The notes beneath the pieces were generated by a model. It saw nothing but the letters and a program-made list of their open reading frames with translations. It did not search any database and had not been told where the DNA came from. DNA of 60,858 nucleotides, the filler included, from Thelocarpon superellum (taxonomy: Eukaryota): assembly GCA_026025795.1 (NCBI GenBank). It is 2 parts of 2 records of this genome, joined end to end, with 100 filler letters (N's around TTAATTAATTAA, not from the genome) between each part and the next. Parts side by side here need not be neighbours in the genome. Positions count along the whole stretch, not along the records: positions 1 to 30,441 come from JAPEUG010000203.1; 1 more part is not named here. One strand, given 5' to 3'. The translations under genes and the position numbers were made by a program. Shown here piece by piece: positions 10,632 to 22,644 of this stretch (position 1 is the stretch's first letter; each line of letters starts with the position of its first letter).

Positions 10632-11749
10632 TCACCCCACTCGCTCCTCGTAGGCCAGCCACGCTTCTCGGCGATATCGTTCCGCCTCCGCCGCCCGGTC
10701 CCTGGCGGTGATGATGCCCCGGCCGACGATGATCACATCGCTGCCCTTCTGCAGCACCACATGTCGTGGGCTGTTGTACTGTTGACCGAGCCCATCGCCC
10801 GTCGGAACCGGCCCGTCGCCTCCCGCAGCGGGCAGCGAGACGCCCGGGGTGAGCGTGAGGAAATGGTCGTCGTCGTCGGAGTTAAGCGATCGCTGGGCCA
10901 CGAAGCCGACGACGAAGCCGCGGTGCTCGCGCGCCATCGACACGCACTGGGCCGTGTACTCCTCCGTCAGCAGGTTGCCCTTGGAGCTCATCTCGGCCAG
11001 GAGTAAGAGTCCCCGCTCCATCGGCGGCTCGCCGAGCTCCACCAGCGCATCGCCCATGCTTCCCGCCGCCAACAGCTTCGCCCTCGGAGTCGTGGGTTCG
11101 AAACGCATCTCGATGGTCGTGGTCGACACGATGCTCCCCACGCGATGCGTCCGCTCGCCCGTCTCCTCTCCGTGCTCGTCCAGCGTATCTTCCGCCGAGA
11201 TCTCGGTCGTGACGCTGTGGTTGGAGGATTTGTGGAAGCTGTCGGCCGACGCTTGGAGCGCCGACACGATGGCTGGCCCCGGGAAGACGTGGGCATTCGT
11301 CAAGGACGCCCACTCCACAATCCGTAACGGCCCCGCCGCATATTGTCGCTGCACCGTACCTGTCCACATCCCCCGATCAGCGGCGCACGAGGCATGGCGC
11401 GTCGAGGGTCGGTCTGTAGATCATACGTACTCCCGATATCGCCAAACTTTCGATCCTCAAAGAGAAGGAACTTCTTGCGCGTCGCGATCTCTTGAAGCCG
11501 CTCAATTGTGGTGCTGCCCCAGTCGTCCACCATGTCCGCATGGGTCTTGAGCATGCAGATGCTGTCGCCCACCTCTTCCGCCAGGCGGATCAGCTGCGCG
11601 GTCGAGGTCACGTCGGCGCTGACGCACAGGTTCGTCTCTTTGACCGTCATTAGCTGGAGCAGATAGCGTGCTAGCGGGTGCGTGCCGGGCAAGAGAGCCC
11701 GGGTGCTGAAGGGCTGTGCCACGATGGCATTCCCGTTCAGCCTCGCCAT
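10632..11749 (-). CDS. URA3: Orotidine-5'-phosphate decarboxylase (exons 11749-11431, 11359-10632)
   Basis: NLCVSADV, LKTHAD, FEDRKFGDIGSTV, LLAEMSSKG, GDGLGQQY, IIVGRGI motifs; GTACGT...CAG intron. Confidence 0.98.
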
Positions 11750-12728
11750 CGTGCCGCCACGCCTCTGCGGCTTGCGGCCGTGTTTGTCCGGAGCTGTCAC
11801 GACCTATTCGGCTACTGATCGAAGCTCAAGCTGATCTCGAATGGCGACTTAGCATGGCATGTCGTCCTACGCAGGCCTTTGGATATGCTTGGATGTGTTT
11901 GGGCATCGTGTTCTGGACCATCCGATGGCAATCAAGGCCGTGCCACGGACACCCTATCCGAATGATGCCGCTGCACTACTCCGCGCAGTGCCCCAGGCAG
12001 GCATACGAAGCGAGCATTTCAGGCGTCCGCGCATTGTGGGGGTCAGGTGACTGATACCTCCACCACTTGACCTCGGATTTTAGACCGCCTTTCCACCTAC
12101 GGGCTAGCATGCACGTAGATACGAAGTACTTCGTACGTACCGCTTTAGAAAGGGATGGCCTAGGCCACCTCCTTGCAACACCAGGAGCCCCGCAGGCCGT
12201 TGTGCCTGCGCACTGGGAACGAGGGCGGTCGGTCCGGGCCGTAGTAGCATGGGCGGAACCGCTAATCTTAGTGTCGGTCGTGGGCCCATATTCCACATCC
12301 TCAGTCCCAGGATGACTGTACATGCCGCATCAAAGGCTTGGGCCATGATCGACCCGAGAGCCATCAGTGCCGCCGTATCCGGTACCTCGTACCATGTGCA
12401 TGGGCAGCGCCCTCTTTCGTGCGGAGCATCGCTGTGGTGGACTAGCCGCCCCAATGTTCCTGGCTCCCAAGCCCGCGGTTGGCGGCTGCGAACCAGTCCG
12501 CCGGGTGGTCTCCCTGCACCCGACATCCTTAGCGAAGCGCTAGCTGGGTCGTGACGATGGCTCACGGGGCTTCGTCGGAGTGCTGGAGCTGGTGCCCATG
12601 AATCCACGTCGAGACCTGCTTAGAGATCTTTCCCCGGCGTCTTGCCACCCCCTTCCCTCCCATCGCATCCGTCTCCATGTCTCTTCAGGCTCTTCCACGC
12701 TCAGCCGCGCGTAGACAAGCCCCTGGGG

Positions 12729-14132
12729 ATGGGCCCCACTGACATGGCCGTTCCAGAGGGCACTGGAGCCGAGGACGAAGCAAATCACGCCGCAGCCTCT
12801 CCGACTGAGAGTGCTGAGATCGTCGCCAACGGCGATCTACGTGTGGAGCTGGAGGGTGGGGGAAAGAATGGGGCTCCTCTGCTCGTGCGGGTCGACCGCG
12901 CACACCTTCGTAAAGCAAGCCGGTACTTCCACGTTTTGCTGGACTCACACAAGTTCGCGGAGGGCAGCGCGCTGCAGGACCGTCACGACCACCTGCGCAG
13001 CCAGGGCGTTCGTCCGGCGGATGGGCCGAACGGGCTGCTACCGCGGATCCGCATCGGCGACACGGGACGGATGGGCCCATGTCCTGAGGGCATCGGCGCT
13101 GTCACGCTCGACTTCTTCCGCGTCCTGCACGGATTGCCGATGCAGAGGCCTCGCCATAGCGTCGCCTTCCTTGCCAACGCCGTGATCCTGGCCGACCGCT
13201 TCGATTCGCTCCCCGTCCTCTCCGCGTACATCAAGGCGCACCGTCTGTTTCCCAGTAAGGACCCCATCCCGGGCGAGGTCCTGACCGCTCTTGCGCAAGA
13301 GCAACGAGACCGTCAGAGGTTGCTGATCTGTACCCTCCTGGACCATCCATCGTGGTTTGGGCCGGCGACAGGCCGTCTGGTCGCCTATGATTACGACATG
13401 CGGCATGCCACGTCGACTGCAAAGTCCGTCGCGCGGTCCGCGGTGGCTCAGGGATTGTGGTGGTCGCTCCCCGATGAGCTCGAAGGTATGCAGGGGCCCT
13501 CCCGGTTGAAGAGGTGGCTGACGGCGGGTCTAGCGGAACTGCTGCATCGACGAGAGTGTATCCTGGAGACGCTCCATTCGCTTCAGGTGGGGGTGATGGA
13601 AAGCTACATGTCACGCATCCGCCAATGTACCTTGGGCTACGACTCATCGGTACAGTGCGACGACTTCCAACTAGGACAGGCCGTTCGTTTCTTCAACCGC
13701 ATCGGCACCCTCCGGATGTCGAGCAATCTGTACGACAGCGGCTTCTCCGACCCATTCATGGGCAATGTCAAACGGCTCATCGCCAACCTACGACAGTTTC
13801 CGCCTTACCAGATCGACGGCAATCATGCGCACTGCGGCCCGCGGACGAAGCTGATTCCGGCGCTTGATTTCCTCCAAACCGTCCTGGCCCGAGAAACGGA
13901 CATGTGCTGGACGTGTTGGCGGCAGGATCGTGCAAACTATCGCTGGTCGGACGTGGAGCCGGCCAGGCATTGGCGATTAGAGAGCGACATGGCAGCGTGG
14001 AAAGGTCAGAGATGCCGCGAGTCGCACCGGCAGGCGAAAGCCATGTTCACTGCCCTACATCGAGTCTGGAATGAGGCGCAGGAGAGCCCCGTGAGGCCCA
14101 TGGGTTGCAGTTCCATCACGGGGAGTAGATAG
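12729..14132 (+). CDS. Conserved fungal protein with BTB/POZ-like N-terminal region (in-frame intron 13486-13533)
   Basis: IVANGDLRVEL...VRVDRAHLRKASRYFHVLL resembles a BTB start; C-terminal RQCTLGYDSSVQCDDFQLGQ and YQIDGNHAHCG blocks; GTATGC...GCTGAC...TAG intron. Start codon uncertain (12729 or next Met). Confidence 0.8.
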   Translation: MGPTDMAVPEGTGAEDEANHAAASPTESAEIVANGDLRVELEGGGKNGAPLLVRVDRAHLRKASRYFHVLLDSHKFAEGSALQDRHDHLRSQGVRPADGPNGLLPRIRIGDTGRMGPCPEGIGAVTLDFFRVLHGLPMQRPRHSVAFLANAVILADRFDSLPVLSAYIKAHRLFPSKDPIPGEVLTALAQEQRDRQRLLICTLLDHPSWFGPATGRLVAYDYDMRHATSTAKSVARSAVAQGLWWSLPDELEGMQGPSRLKRWLTAGLAELLHRRECILETLHSLQVGVMESYMSRIRQCTLGYDSSVQCDDFQLGQAVRFFNRIGTLRMSSNLYDSGFSDPFMGNVKRLIANLRQFPPYQIDGNHAHCGPRTKLIPALDFLQTVLARETDMCWTCWRQDRANYRWSDVEPARHWRLESDMAAWKGQRCRESHRQAKAMFTALHRVWNEAQESPVRPMGCSSITGSR

Positions 14133-15251
14133 CGTTGCTCAAGCTTTTGGGAGTCCCTCCAAGTGGCCCCTATTGTAAGGCCACGAGGAGAAGCACAATC
14201 AAGGCAAGCGAGGCTCACTCTGCGCGGGCTATCAGATGCACTCCTTTACCAGTTCCAAAGGATGAGACTTTGCAAGGCTCCCACCGCTCGTGATCGGGCC
14301 CTTTCGCTCGTGAGCGCGCGCCGGATGAGTGGAGCCGCATTCTCGACGATCAGGCGGTCCACGGTGCACCCGGATCGGGCTTCGTAGGCGTCGGGCGAGA
14401 TGTGCGAGGCATTGGGCCTGGGAGCCGTACTCGAATGTGCCTCTAGTAGCCGAGAGACACGAGTATCGTGGCGCATCGCCCATTAGCCATCACCCACCTA
14501 ACATACTTGTAACACAGCTTTCGGCAAATCCGCCGTACGGGGCCGCAACCTGCACAGCCTTCCCACGCTCGCGCAGCGCGCGCCACCTGTGACACCGTCC
14601 GACAAAGTGCACTGCCTCCAGCACAAAGCGTCGGGAATCTCCGGAGCCCCTCATGTTACGGGTCTCGGTACTCGTACCCTTTCACGGTATGGCATAACAC
14701 TTGCAGGATATCTCCCCTACCTCTTCCGGGGTCGGGGTCAGTCTGCAAGGGCTCATAGCCCTAGTAATGTCGCGCATGCCGTCGCCCACGTCTGCGCCGC
14801 ACTGTTACCGCGTGCTCCCACGAGCCGTCCGAATCGTTTGCCGCTGGCCGCGTGCGCCTATGCCACGGACGATGGATTCATCGCCATCATCGCAATCGTC
14901 CCAAGGCTTTACTGAGGCGCACTGGCATGGCCCGACCCACTTCACGCGTCGGACGCCCCGTGATGCTTCACGGAAGAGAGGAGCTGCTCCCGGCAAGCAG
15001 GCAGTGTATATATCCACGTCGAGAGTCCGATGGAATGTTCCTTGATCTCCATCTTACAAAGACTTCCCAGTCTGATCTCAGGTGTTCTCCATTCACCCTC
15101 TACTATCGCTCCTAGTAGAAGGAAATTGTACTCAACTTTCTACCTTGTTCACGTCCGCTCGTGACGCGCCATGTCGTCTTTCGCCACCGACGGGCAATGG
15201 CCTTGTGCCTCTCCACACTCAGCAACTTCGGTCTCGCCTATGCACGGCAGA

Positions 15252-16271
15252 ATGGGTTTCCTCGACTCCATGAGAAAGCTGTCGCGCAAAGACTCGACCT
15301 CGTCTCGGGCACCGCGGAGTCCAGCGGGCATGGTCCCGGCGCCATTATTTTCCCGACGCCGGAGCGACGGCAGAAGTCCCAGCTCCAGCAGCCCTTCCAG
15401 TGATCGCGCCAATCCATACTCGTCCATTTCCGCGCCCACGCGTCGTCCCGGTCGGTGTCTAGGATGCTCCTCCAATCGCACGGATGCATCAAGGCTGACT
15501 TCATCTCCAGCGCCGGTCAACAATGGCCCGCCCCCAGCATATAGCCCACCGGAGCCCAATAGCAATGTCGTGGCCAGCGCCATCACGACCACGGCGGACG
15601 ACCCCTACGCCTTCCTCTCGACCTTTGACACGATCTTCCTGATTGACGACTCGGGTTCCATGGCCGGCCGGTCGTGGCGGGAGACGGCCGCGGCGCTGCG
15701 AACCATCGCACCCATCTGCACGAGCCACGACGCGGACGGCATCGACCTCTACTTCCTCAACCATGCCGACAGCGCCGAATACAAGGGCGTGCAGGCCGTG
15801 CAAGACATCGAGCGCATCTTCTCGCACGTGCGACCGGGTGGCGGCACACCCACCGGCATCCGGCTCAACCACCTCCTGAAGCCCTATCTGGCGCGGTACG
15901 AGAGCGCGCCCGACACGACCAAGCCGCTCAACATCATCGTCATCACCGACGGCGTGCCGAGCGATGACGTGGAGAGCGTCCTCATCGCCGCGGCCAAGAA
16001 GCTGGACCGTGTCGACGCACCAGCGTGGCAGATCGGGATCCAGTTCTTCCAGGTCGGCAACGAGCAGGGCGCACGGGCGGCCCTCGAGGATCTCGACGAC
16101 GGCCTGGCGGAGTTGGGCGGCGGCGTTCGCGACATCGTTGATACCGTGCCCTGGAGGGGAGACTGCTCGCAGGGTCTCAGCGGAGAGAGTATTCTGAAGG
16201 TCGTCCTTGGCGCCGTCACGCGCAGACTCGATCGCCGTCGGAACAGTACCGACGTGGCTGAGCTGAGTTGA
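15252..16271 (+). CDS. von Willebrand factor type A domain protein (probable in-frame intron 15451-15510)
   Basis: MIDAS motif FLIDDSGSM, GGTPTG, IIVITDG, IQFFQVG; PPPAY in the N-terminal disordered region; start uncertain (15171/15240/15252). Confidence 0.9.
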   Translation: MGFLDSMRKLSRKDSTSSRAPRSPAGMVPAPLFSRRRSDGRSPSSSSPSSDRANPYSSISAPTRRPGRCLGCSSNRTDASRLTSSPAPVNNGPPPAYSPPEPNSNVVASAITTTADDPYAFLSTFDTIFLIDDSGSMAGRSWRETAAALRTIAPICTSHDADGIDLYFLNHADSAEYKGVQAVQDIERIFSHVRPGGGTPTGIRLNHLLKPYLARYESAPDTTKPLNIIVITDGVPSDDVESVLIAAAKKLDRVDAPAWQIGIQFFQVGNEQGARAALEDLDDGLAELGGGVRDIVDTVPWRGDCSQGLSGESILKVVLGAVTRRLDRRRNSTDVAELS

Positions 16272-16868
16272 GCTGAGCCGAGCTGATTTGCCAGACCGAT
16301 CGAAACACCCCTGGCCTCTTGTACACATCTCTTTTCTTGTTCCCTTGGAGCCTCTGTCGCGGCGTTGGCAGAGTGTGCTCTGCTGTACCGGGAAGGGTGT
16401 TGACTGCTCTCTTCATCCACGGCGATCCTCATAGCTTTCATCGAGCCAATGCACATAGTGTCCAGGCTTCATCGAATCATATGACGCTCTCCCTACTTTT
16501 CTGGTCGTGAATCTCCAACACATGTGGATCGATCTGCTTCCTCCCAGGGGCGTGCCATATCGCTCCTCTGTTCCATCGTGCCTTGAGCGAGAGCAGCAAC
16601 CAACGCATATTCGGCCCCAAAGAATGACGGCAGCTAGCATGAATAACACATGACGCCCAGCACAGCAGCAGAGCAGAGCAGACACGCAGATAGTTCGCAG
16701 CAACATAGCAACACAGCAACCACGAACAATGCCACGGCAATTGGCCATCGAGGATCCAGTCCCTTATATACCGTGGCCTCTTCACCAAAGGATGGCTCCA
16801 GATCGAGCATCACACGATCACTCACCTGCAGCACCAAAGAGAAAGGAGAAGAGGGAGAGCCGCCAAAC

Positions 16869-18884
16869 ATGCCCGGCCTCGTCTTCATCAAGGGTGCAAT
16901 CCCCTTTGAGCTACACGATCTCACTCGATCCGACCTGAACGCACTCACCCGCATCCTATCCATCCCTTTGTCGCCGCCCCTGACCGAGCCACGCACGTCT
17001 ACCGGCGCCGAATGCAGCACCGTGGCGTCCAAGAAAGCAACACGGACGAGATTGGAGCAACGAAGCAAGAACGTAACGCAGATGATCAAATTCCTCCCGC
17101 GACGGCTGAAAGCCCCCATCCCCTTCCAAGGCGCTGTGGTATCGCTCCTCTCGGAACTCGCGCCCATCCCGCCCGCCGCACCGCTGTGCAGCGTGCACTC
17201 GCCGCTGAACTCGCAGCTGATCCACACCATCTTCACAGCCATCGTGGCCGAAGTCACCGTCAACCTGTCGCTGTTCCAGGACCGCTTCCCGGCGCTGGAC
17301 GCGCGCCTGCAGGACGTGATGCACGACCTGCGCGCGCTGCAGGCGCTCTGGCTCCCGCGCGACCGGTACCGCGCCAATGCCCTTGATCGCTGGACGCTAC
17401 AGCCCGACGGGTGCCAGGCGTGCATCCTGGCGCGCATGGGCGCCGACGAGCCCACGCTGGGCCGGCTACGCGTCGCGCTGCTCTCGCGCTGGCCTGAGCA
17501 CCGCGCCAAACCGCGCCTCTTGCGCTGGGTCGAGGCCTGCATGGGCTGGACTGGCCGGCGAGAGGAGATTGAGCAGGCGAGTGACTTGTTGGCGCTCATG
17601 CTCAAGGAGGTGCGCAAGGAGGTCAAGGCCGCTCGAAAGGCCGGTCGGGCGGGCGATATGGCGCTGAAGTCTCCCGTCTCGGGTGGCGTCCTGTTGGCGG
17701 TGCATCCCTCGCGGAAGCAACGGTGCAGTGGCTTGCGAGAGGGCCTACGTGGTGCGTCGCAAAAGGGAGAGGGGGGGTGGCAAGACAAAGCCGCGGACGG
17801 TGATGGGATCGGGAACAAGGAGGCTGAGCACCGCGACGACGAAGACGAAGACGAGCAGAACTTCGAAGACAAGATCATCGACTACTACGCCGCGCTCTCG
17901 TCGGCCAGCAAGCTCGTCTCAAGCGCCGAGCCATTCCCCGGCATGAGCCGGACCCAGATCCCGCCCCTTCCGTCCATTCCCTCCGCACAGCGACGTCACG
18001 TTCCCGCGCCCTCCCGCGTCTCTACGCATCATTCCGGGCGCGGTTCGGGGAGCTCTCCCCCCAGCTCCAACGAGACGCTCGGGACTTCCAGCGTCGACAT
18101 GCGCGGGAGCGAGCGTGGGTGGCGCGCCTCGACGGTACTGCCCTATTCGTCCGCCACCTCCGTCTCCATGGCGCGTTCTACATCCGCTTCCTCCTCCTCC
18201 TCCTCCTCCTCCTCGCAGCTCCACCACGTCGAGGAGAAAGGTGCACCGCACCGCGCCGACGCCAAGTCCAGCTCGGCTCTCCGCGATATCCATCCCCTGC
18301 ACCGCCCGCCCAGCCCCTCCATCTACGGCTTCAGCCATCACCACATGGCTTCGGAAGCGCTGCTGCTCGTACCCGTCAAGTACCACCAACATGCCTCTAC
18401 TCGTGGTCGTACTCGCGGTGGGTCGGAGCGACGAGGTGGCGTCGAAGCGAGCGTGGATGAGACCGACGCTCATCGTCGATCGCGCCGGCGCGAGAGAGGT
18501 AAGATCGAGGGCGATCGAGACTCCTCGGACATGGCACGTAGCTACCAGGCTGTCCTTCCTTCGCGGTCGTCGGTCTCCGCTGGTACTTTGGCTTCGCGTC
18601 CTGCTTTGCCTACTTCCTCCTCCGCTGCTCGATCGACTCCCCGTTCGCTCGTTTTAGATGCTCGCTCGGCCGCTCACCCCTCGTCAACGTCGCAGACCCC
18701 GGCACGTGCTTCGCCCGCGTCTCGCTCGACACCGCGCCCGTCCTCGTCTTCGTCTCGCTCCAACGCTCGCGCAGGCGAAGCACAGTCAACTGTGACGGTG
18801 CACGCCCTCTCGCCGTATGGCTCGTCGCGCGTAAATCACTCCAAAGCTTCGCAGCTGACGACCTGGAGTCGTTTCCTAACTTAG
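16869..18884 (+). CDS. Hypothetical protein: helical N-terminal domain with CxxC, long Ser/Arg-rich disordered tail
   Basis: Long ORF (open from 16650) with GC3-biased codons; GCQACILARMG motif; start at MPGLVFIKG is a guess. Confidence 0.7.
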   Translation: MPGLVFIKGAIPFELHDLTRSDLNALTRILSIPLSPPLTEPRTSTGAECSTVASKKATRTRLEQRSKNVTQMIKFLPRRLKAPIPFQGAVVSLLSELAPIPPAAPLCSVHSPLNSQLIHTIFTAIVAEVTVNLSLFQDRFPALDARLQDVMHDLRALQALWLPRDRYRANALDRWTLQPDGCQACILARMGADEPTLGRLRVALLSRWPEHRAKPRLLRWVEACMGWTGRREEIEQASDLLALMLKEVRKEVKAARKAGRAGDMALKSPVSGGVLLAVHPSRKQRCSGLREGLRGASQKGEGGWQDKAADGDGIGNKEAEHRDDEDEDEQNFEDKIIDYYAALSSASKLVSSAEPFPGMSRTQIPPLPSIPSAQRRHVPAPSRVSTHHSGRGSGSSPPSSNETLGTSSVDMRGSERGWRASTVLPYSSATSVSMARSTSASSSSSSSSSQLHHVEEKGAPHRADAKSSSALRDIHPLHRPPSPSIYGFSHHHMASEALLLVPVKYHQHASTRGRTRGGSERRGGVEASVDETDAHRRSRRRERGKIEGDRDSSDMARSYQAVLPSRSSVSAGTLASRPALPTSSSAARSTPRSLVLDARSAAHPSSTSQTPARASPASRSTPRPSSSSSRSNARAGEAQSTVTVHALSPYGSSRVNHSKASQLTTWSRFLT

Positions 18885-19326
18885 CTGCGACGCGGTGGCT
18901 GTGGTTGACGGTCGTCTTTTTGACTGCTTCGCGTTCCCTTTGTCTGCTTGTTGCTTGTAGTACATCCATCCACCCATCCATCCGTCCAGTAGTAGTGGTA
19001 TATCAACACATGCCGCTCTGTCGCCGTGATTATCTCTTCTGCCTTTTGCCACCCCTAGCCCTGCCCATTCCCGTCCATCGTACATCCATCGGAAGAAAGA
19101 GAAGGAGAATAGGACCGAGAGAATGCAACGGTCTCCCGTATATCGTACAAAGAGCACCTTGCTCGGCTCCACTCAACTTCCCCGTCTCGCTTCCCCTACC
19201 TCTTCACTGAATGAAATCGCTCAACGACCATGTCAGAATTCGAAAGTTGTTCGACAAAAGGGCAGAAGAGGAACAAAGGTCATGCAACGCCGTCTTTCCT
19301 CCCCAGCACCCACCCCCCATTACACA

Positions 19327-20754
19327 TTATCGGCCACTGTCCATGCCAAGCACGCCTCCGCTTCGACCGTGCATACTCCCACTTACTCTCCCCCTAAGAT
19401 TCTTCAAACTTTCCACGTTCGGTGATGAACTTGTCGACTTTCTTGCCGAGTGGCGCTGGAGGTGTTTCTTCGTGTCCACTTCTTCCTCCCCTTCCTCCTC
19501 TTGTGGCGTCTGCGTGCTCGCCTCCGGCCTATCGTCGACCTTCGATGCGGTCGACTTTGCTTGCTCGTTATCCAGCGTGACCTGGCGATTGGCAGCAACT
19601 CGCGATCGCTCATACCGAGCCGAGACGTCGCCGCCGGTCCAAATCGTACCCAGGGCACGATCCCAGAAGGTGAAGAAGGGTTGCGAGAAGTTCGCCTATC
19701 CGTTTCGTCAGGCAGAACCCGCATGACCTTATTCAGCAGCACCTACCTTGATTCCCCAGCTCTGGTGGTGAACATCATGATATCCCGCATTGTTGCCCGT
19801 GAGTTGTTGCAACGGGTCCCACGGAAGGGCGTATCCACAGTGATCGTCGACCGTCTTGATGGTGGAGCCCGTGAAGAACCACATGCCTTGACGTGTGGTC
19901 AGGCCGGCGACCTTGAACGCAATGGCTGCGCCCAGGGTATCGAGAAGAAAGCCCTCGAAGGGATGATTGTAGAGGGCGCCAAAAGCGTATGGTACATACA
20001 GCCGGTGGTGTCGCGAGTGGAAGGTCCCTATGAGTGTCAGTCGAGGTGAGGAGAAAACTGGCCAAGTCCTCTTACGATAGAGCCATTGATTCATGTGCAT
20101 GGCGCGATGGAGAAAGTATTGCCATGTGTCAACAATGAAGATGGCCAGACCGAACTGGAGAGCGGGCACGATGAGCCAATAGATGGCTTGCGCCAGCACA
20201 ATTTCCCAGCTCGCAAACGAGCGTGTCACGCCATCAACTGTGAGGGGCGTGTGCGGTAGGAGTGCTGGAGAGCGGCCTCCAGCCACAGCCACTCCGAGGG
20301 CTGGATACGACACCGCGAGACTCTTCGCCAGCGAGATCGCGTCGACGCCGATGCTGGTCAAGATGACCGGCACCGCCCGCTGGGCAATACGGACCCTCTG
20401 AGCCCAGACCGCGACATCGTACCCTTCACGTCCAACGACATCATCCGGCTCCGTAAGGCCCAAGATGTGGCCGATGAGCGTCTGGATGGCCTGCTGAATG
20501 ATGACGTCGCGTACGACGTCGCGCATCGACACACGATTCCGTTTCGCCACTTCAGCCGGCGTATGCAATCGGTATTGAGGGAGAAGGTCGTAGGTGTCGA
20601 GAATGTGAAAGAACAACGACACGATCCAGTATGCGACAATCGGTAGGAGCAAAGTCAAGAACTTGTCGGGGATTGGCGAAAGGAGTGGCGGAAGCGGCGA
20701 GAGGGTGTAGGAAGGGAGCGGAGGAAGATCGGCGGCGGCCGTCATGTTGGCCAT
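19327..20754 (-). CDS. SUR2: Sphinganine C4-hydroxylase (exons 20754-20076, 20027-19747, 19695-19327)
   Basis: His boxes QYFLHRAMH, FHSRHH, YHDVHH; YVPYAFGALYNHP, KTVDDHCGY, NFSQPFFTFWD motifs. Confidence 0.96.
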
Positions 20755-21276
20755 GATACACGACCGCAATGGGTCGACGAGTCTCTCGCGAACAGCAACG
20801 GTCGCGGACTTTCAAAGGACTCGTCGACGGAGTCCGCTCAATGTCCCGGGCGGTTGGGTAGTTTTGAGACTTGATGAATGCTGGTGGCGTGACCCGTTGC
20901 AGGTACTGGGATGGCCTCGGCGACTCGCCACCCAGATCGTACCCGGAAGAAGGCGAACGCGGGGTGTAGAGCGACTGCAAGGGCGTAGAGTTGATCAAGG
21001 AGAGTGGCAACGAAGTAAGGTAAGAGGAGCTTCGGAGTGGCGCGGTTCAACAAAAGCAAGAGGAAAAGCGGTAGAGGGTTGGGAGATGACGCCGTGAACG
21101 ACACTTCAGCTCGGGGAGACGCAGCTACGGGTACGTGGACTTGGTCCGAACGCGCCGGACACGCCCCGTTCTCAGCCCAACTCGTGCACCTACGACGTAC
21201 CCGAGCCAGATCCTCAGGTCGGTCAAAAGTGTTGCAAATTGTAACCGGCTTTACGAGCACCCGGACGATTACCGCC

Positions 21277-21317
21277 GAATCACACTCTGGAATCACACTC
21301 TGGAATCACGCTCTGGA
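21277..21317. repeat. 13-bp tandem repeat x3 (GAATCACRCTCTG) in the SUR2/TCTP divergent intergenic region
   Basis: gaatcacactctg gaatcacactctg gaatcacgctctg read directly. Confidence 0.85.
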
Positions 21318-21815
21318 CATCTTGACTTGCTCGGAGAGAATATCTGACTTTGCTGTCGCAAGCGCTCGCGTCTCTTGATACAGCTCATCTTCTCAGATTA
21401 ACAAGAAGTGCTCCAGTTACGACCTCAATTGACTTGCTGTGCCGCCTACCAGTACGCTGTGCTAGAGCACGAGTAACGACAATTTGCAAGACTTATGGTC
21501 TGTCCAGGGGCAGTGGCGTTTTGCCTCGTATTCGCACACTGCCTTCGGCTACGGCCGACTTGTCCCTTGTCTCGCGGGTCGCTGACTATCATTCGGAGTA
21601 CAACCCAGTCGGCAGCCAGCCAATCACACCTAGTGTGACCGGCCGACGGACGCACCAACCAAAATCAAGTCTTGGATACTGTCTGAAACCACTCGATCTC
21701 TCCAACGCTTCAAGTTCTGTCGCTGTCTGCTTGGTGCCTGATTGCCATCGGGCGGCCCTGAGTTGATCAATTCCTTTGGCATCTGCATCCCGGCGAGCAT
21801 CTCGCGGTCGGCATC

Positions 21816-22644
21816 ATGATCATCTACAAGGTCAGTCGCTTTCGGTCCTGGCCGGCTACCCCGCGCCCGACCCCACCTCTCGCATCTTCGCTGGGGACAT
21901 GCCCCCACTTCCTGAGATCCGCTCGGCTGACCCTCCCTTCCGGACTAGGATATCATCACGGGGGATGAGATCATCTCGGATGGATACAAGATCGTGGATG
22001 TTGATGACACGGTCTACGAGATTGACTCGAAGATGGTGAAGCCCAAAGCCGAAAATTTTGGTGCGCATCTTTTCCCCCAAGTCCACCTACCGAGCCCACG
22101 GCTCACGCTCCTCCCGCAGAGTTGGCAGGCGCGAACCCGTCCGCGGAGGAGGCGGATGACTTGGAAGGTGGAGGTGGTGAAGACCTGGGCGAGCCCGTCC
22201 CCGAACTCGCCATAGCCTTCGAGCTCAACAAGATGGATGGGTTTCAAAAGCAGGATTACAAAGTCCATATCAAATGTACGCACGCGAGGTCGCTGTGCTT
22301 GTGGACGATGCTAATGTAAGCCTGACCCGTGCAGCCTATATGAAGAAGGTCAAGGCGGCGCTTCAGTCCAAGGGCGCGGACGAGGCCAAAGTCAAGGCAT
22401 TCGAGACCGGAGCGGCCACTTATTTGAAGAAGATCTTGTCCAACTTCGATGATTACGATTTCTATACGGGTAAATCCATGGATCCCGATGGCATGTATGT
22501 GCTACATCTTTCCATTCCGGAGCATCTTTCCGCATGTGCTAATCTTCCGTCCGACGCAGGCACGTTATGATCAACTTCCGGGAGGACGGAATGACACCGT
22601 ACATGACTGTGTGGAAACATGCCCTGACGGAGATGAAGGTCTAG
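21816..22644 (+). CDS. TMA19: Translationally controlled tumour protein (TCTP) (exons 21816-21830, 21949-22060, 22120-22275, 22335-22494, 22560-22644)
   Basis: [59 protein letters not shown]; four GT-AG introns. Confidence 0.97.

Noticed and set aside
11040..11250. Long insertion in OMP decarboxylase relative to yeast Ura3
   Set aside because: Insertions at this position are common in filamentous ascomycete pyrG/pyr-4 proteins; no splice signals needed.
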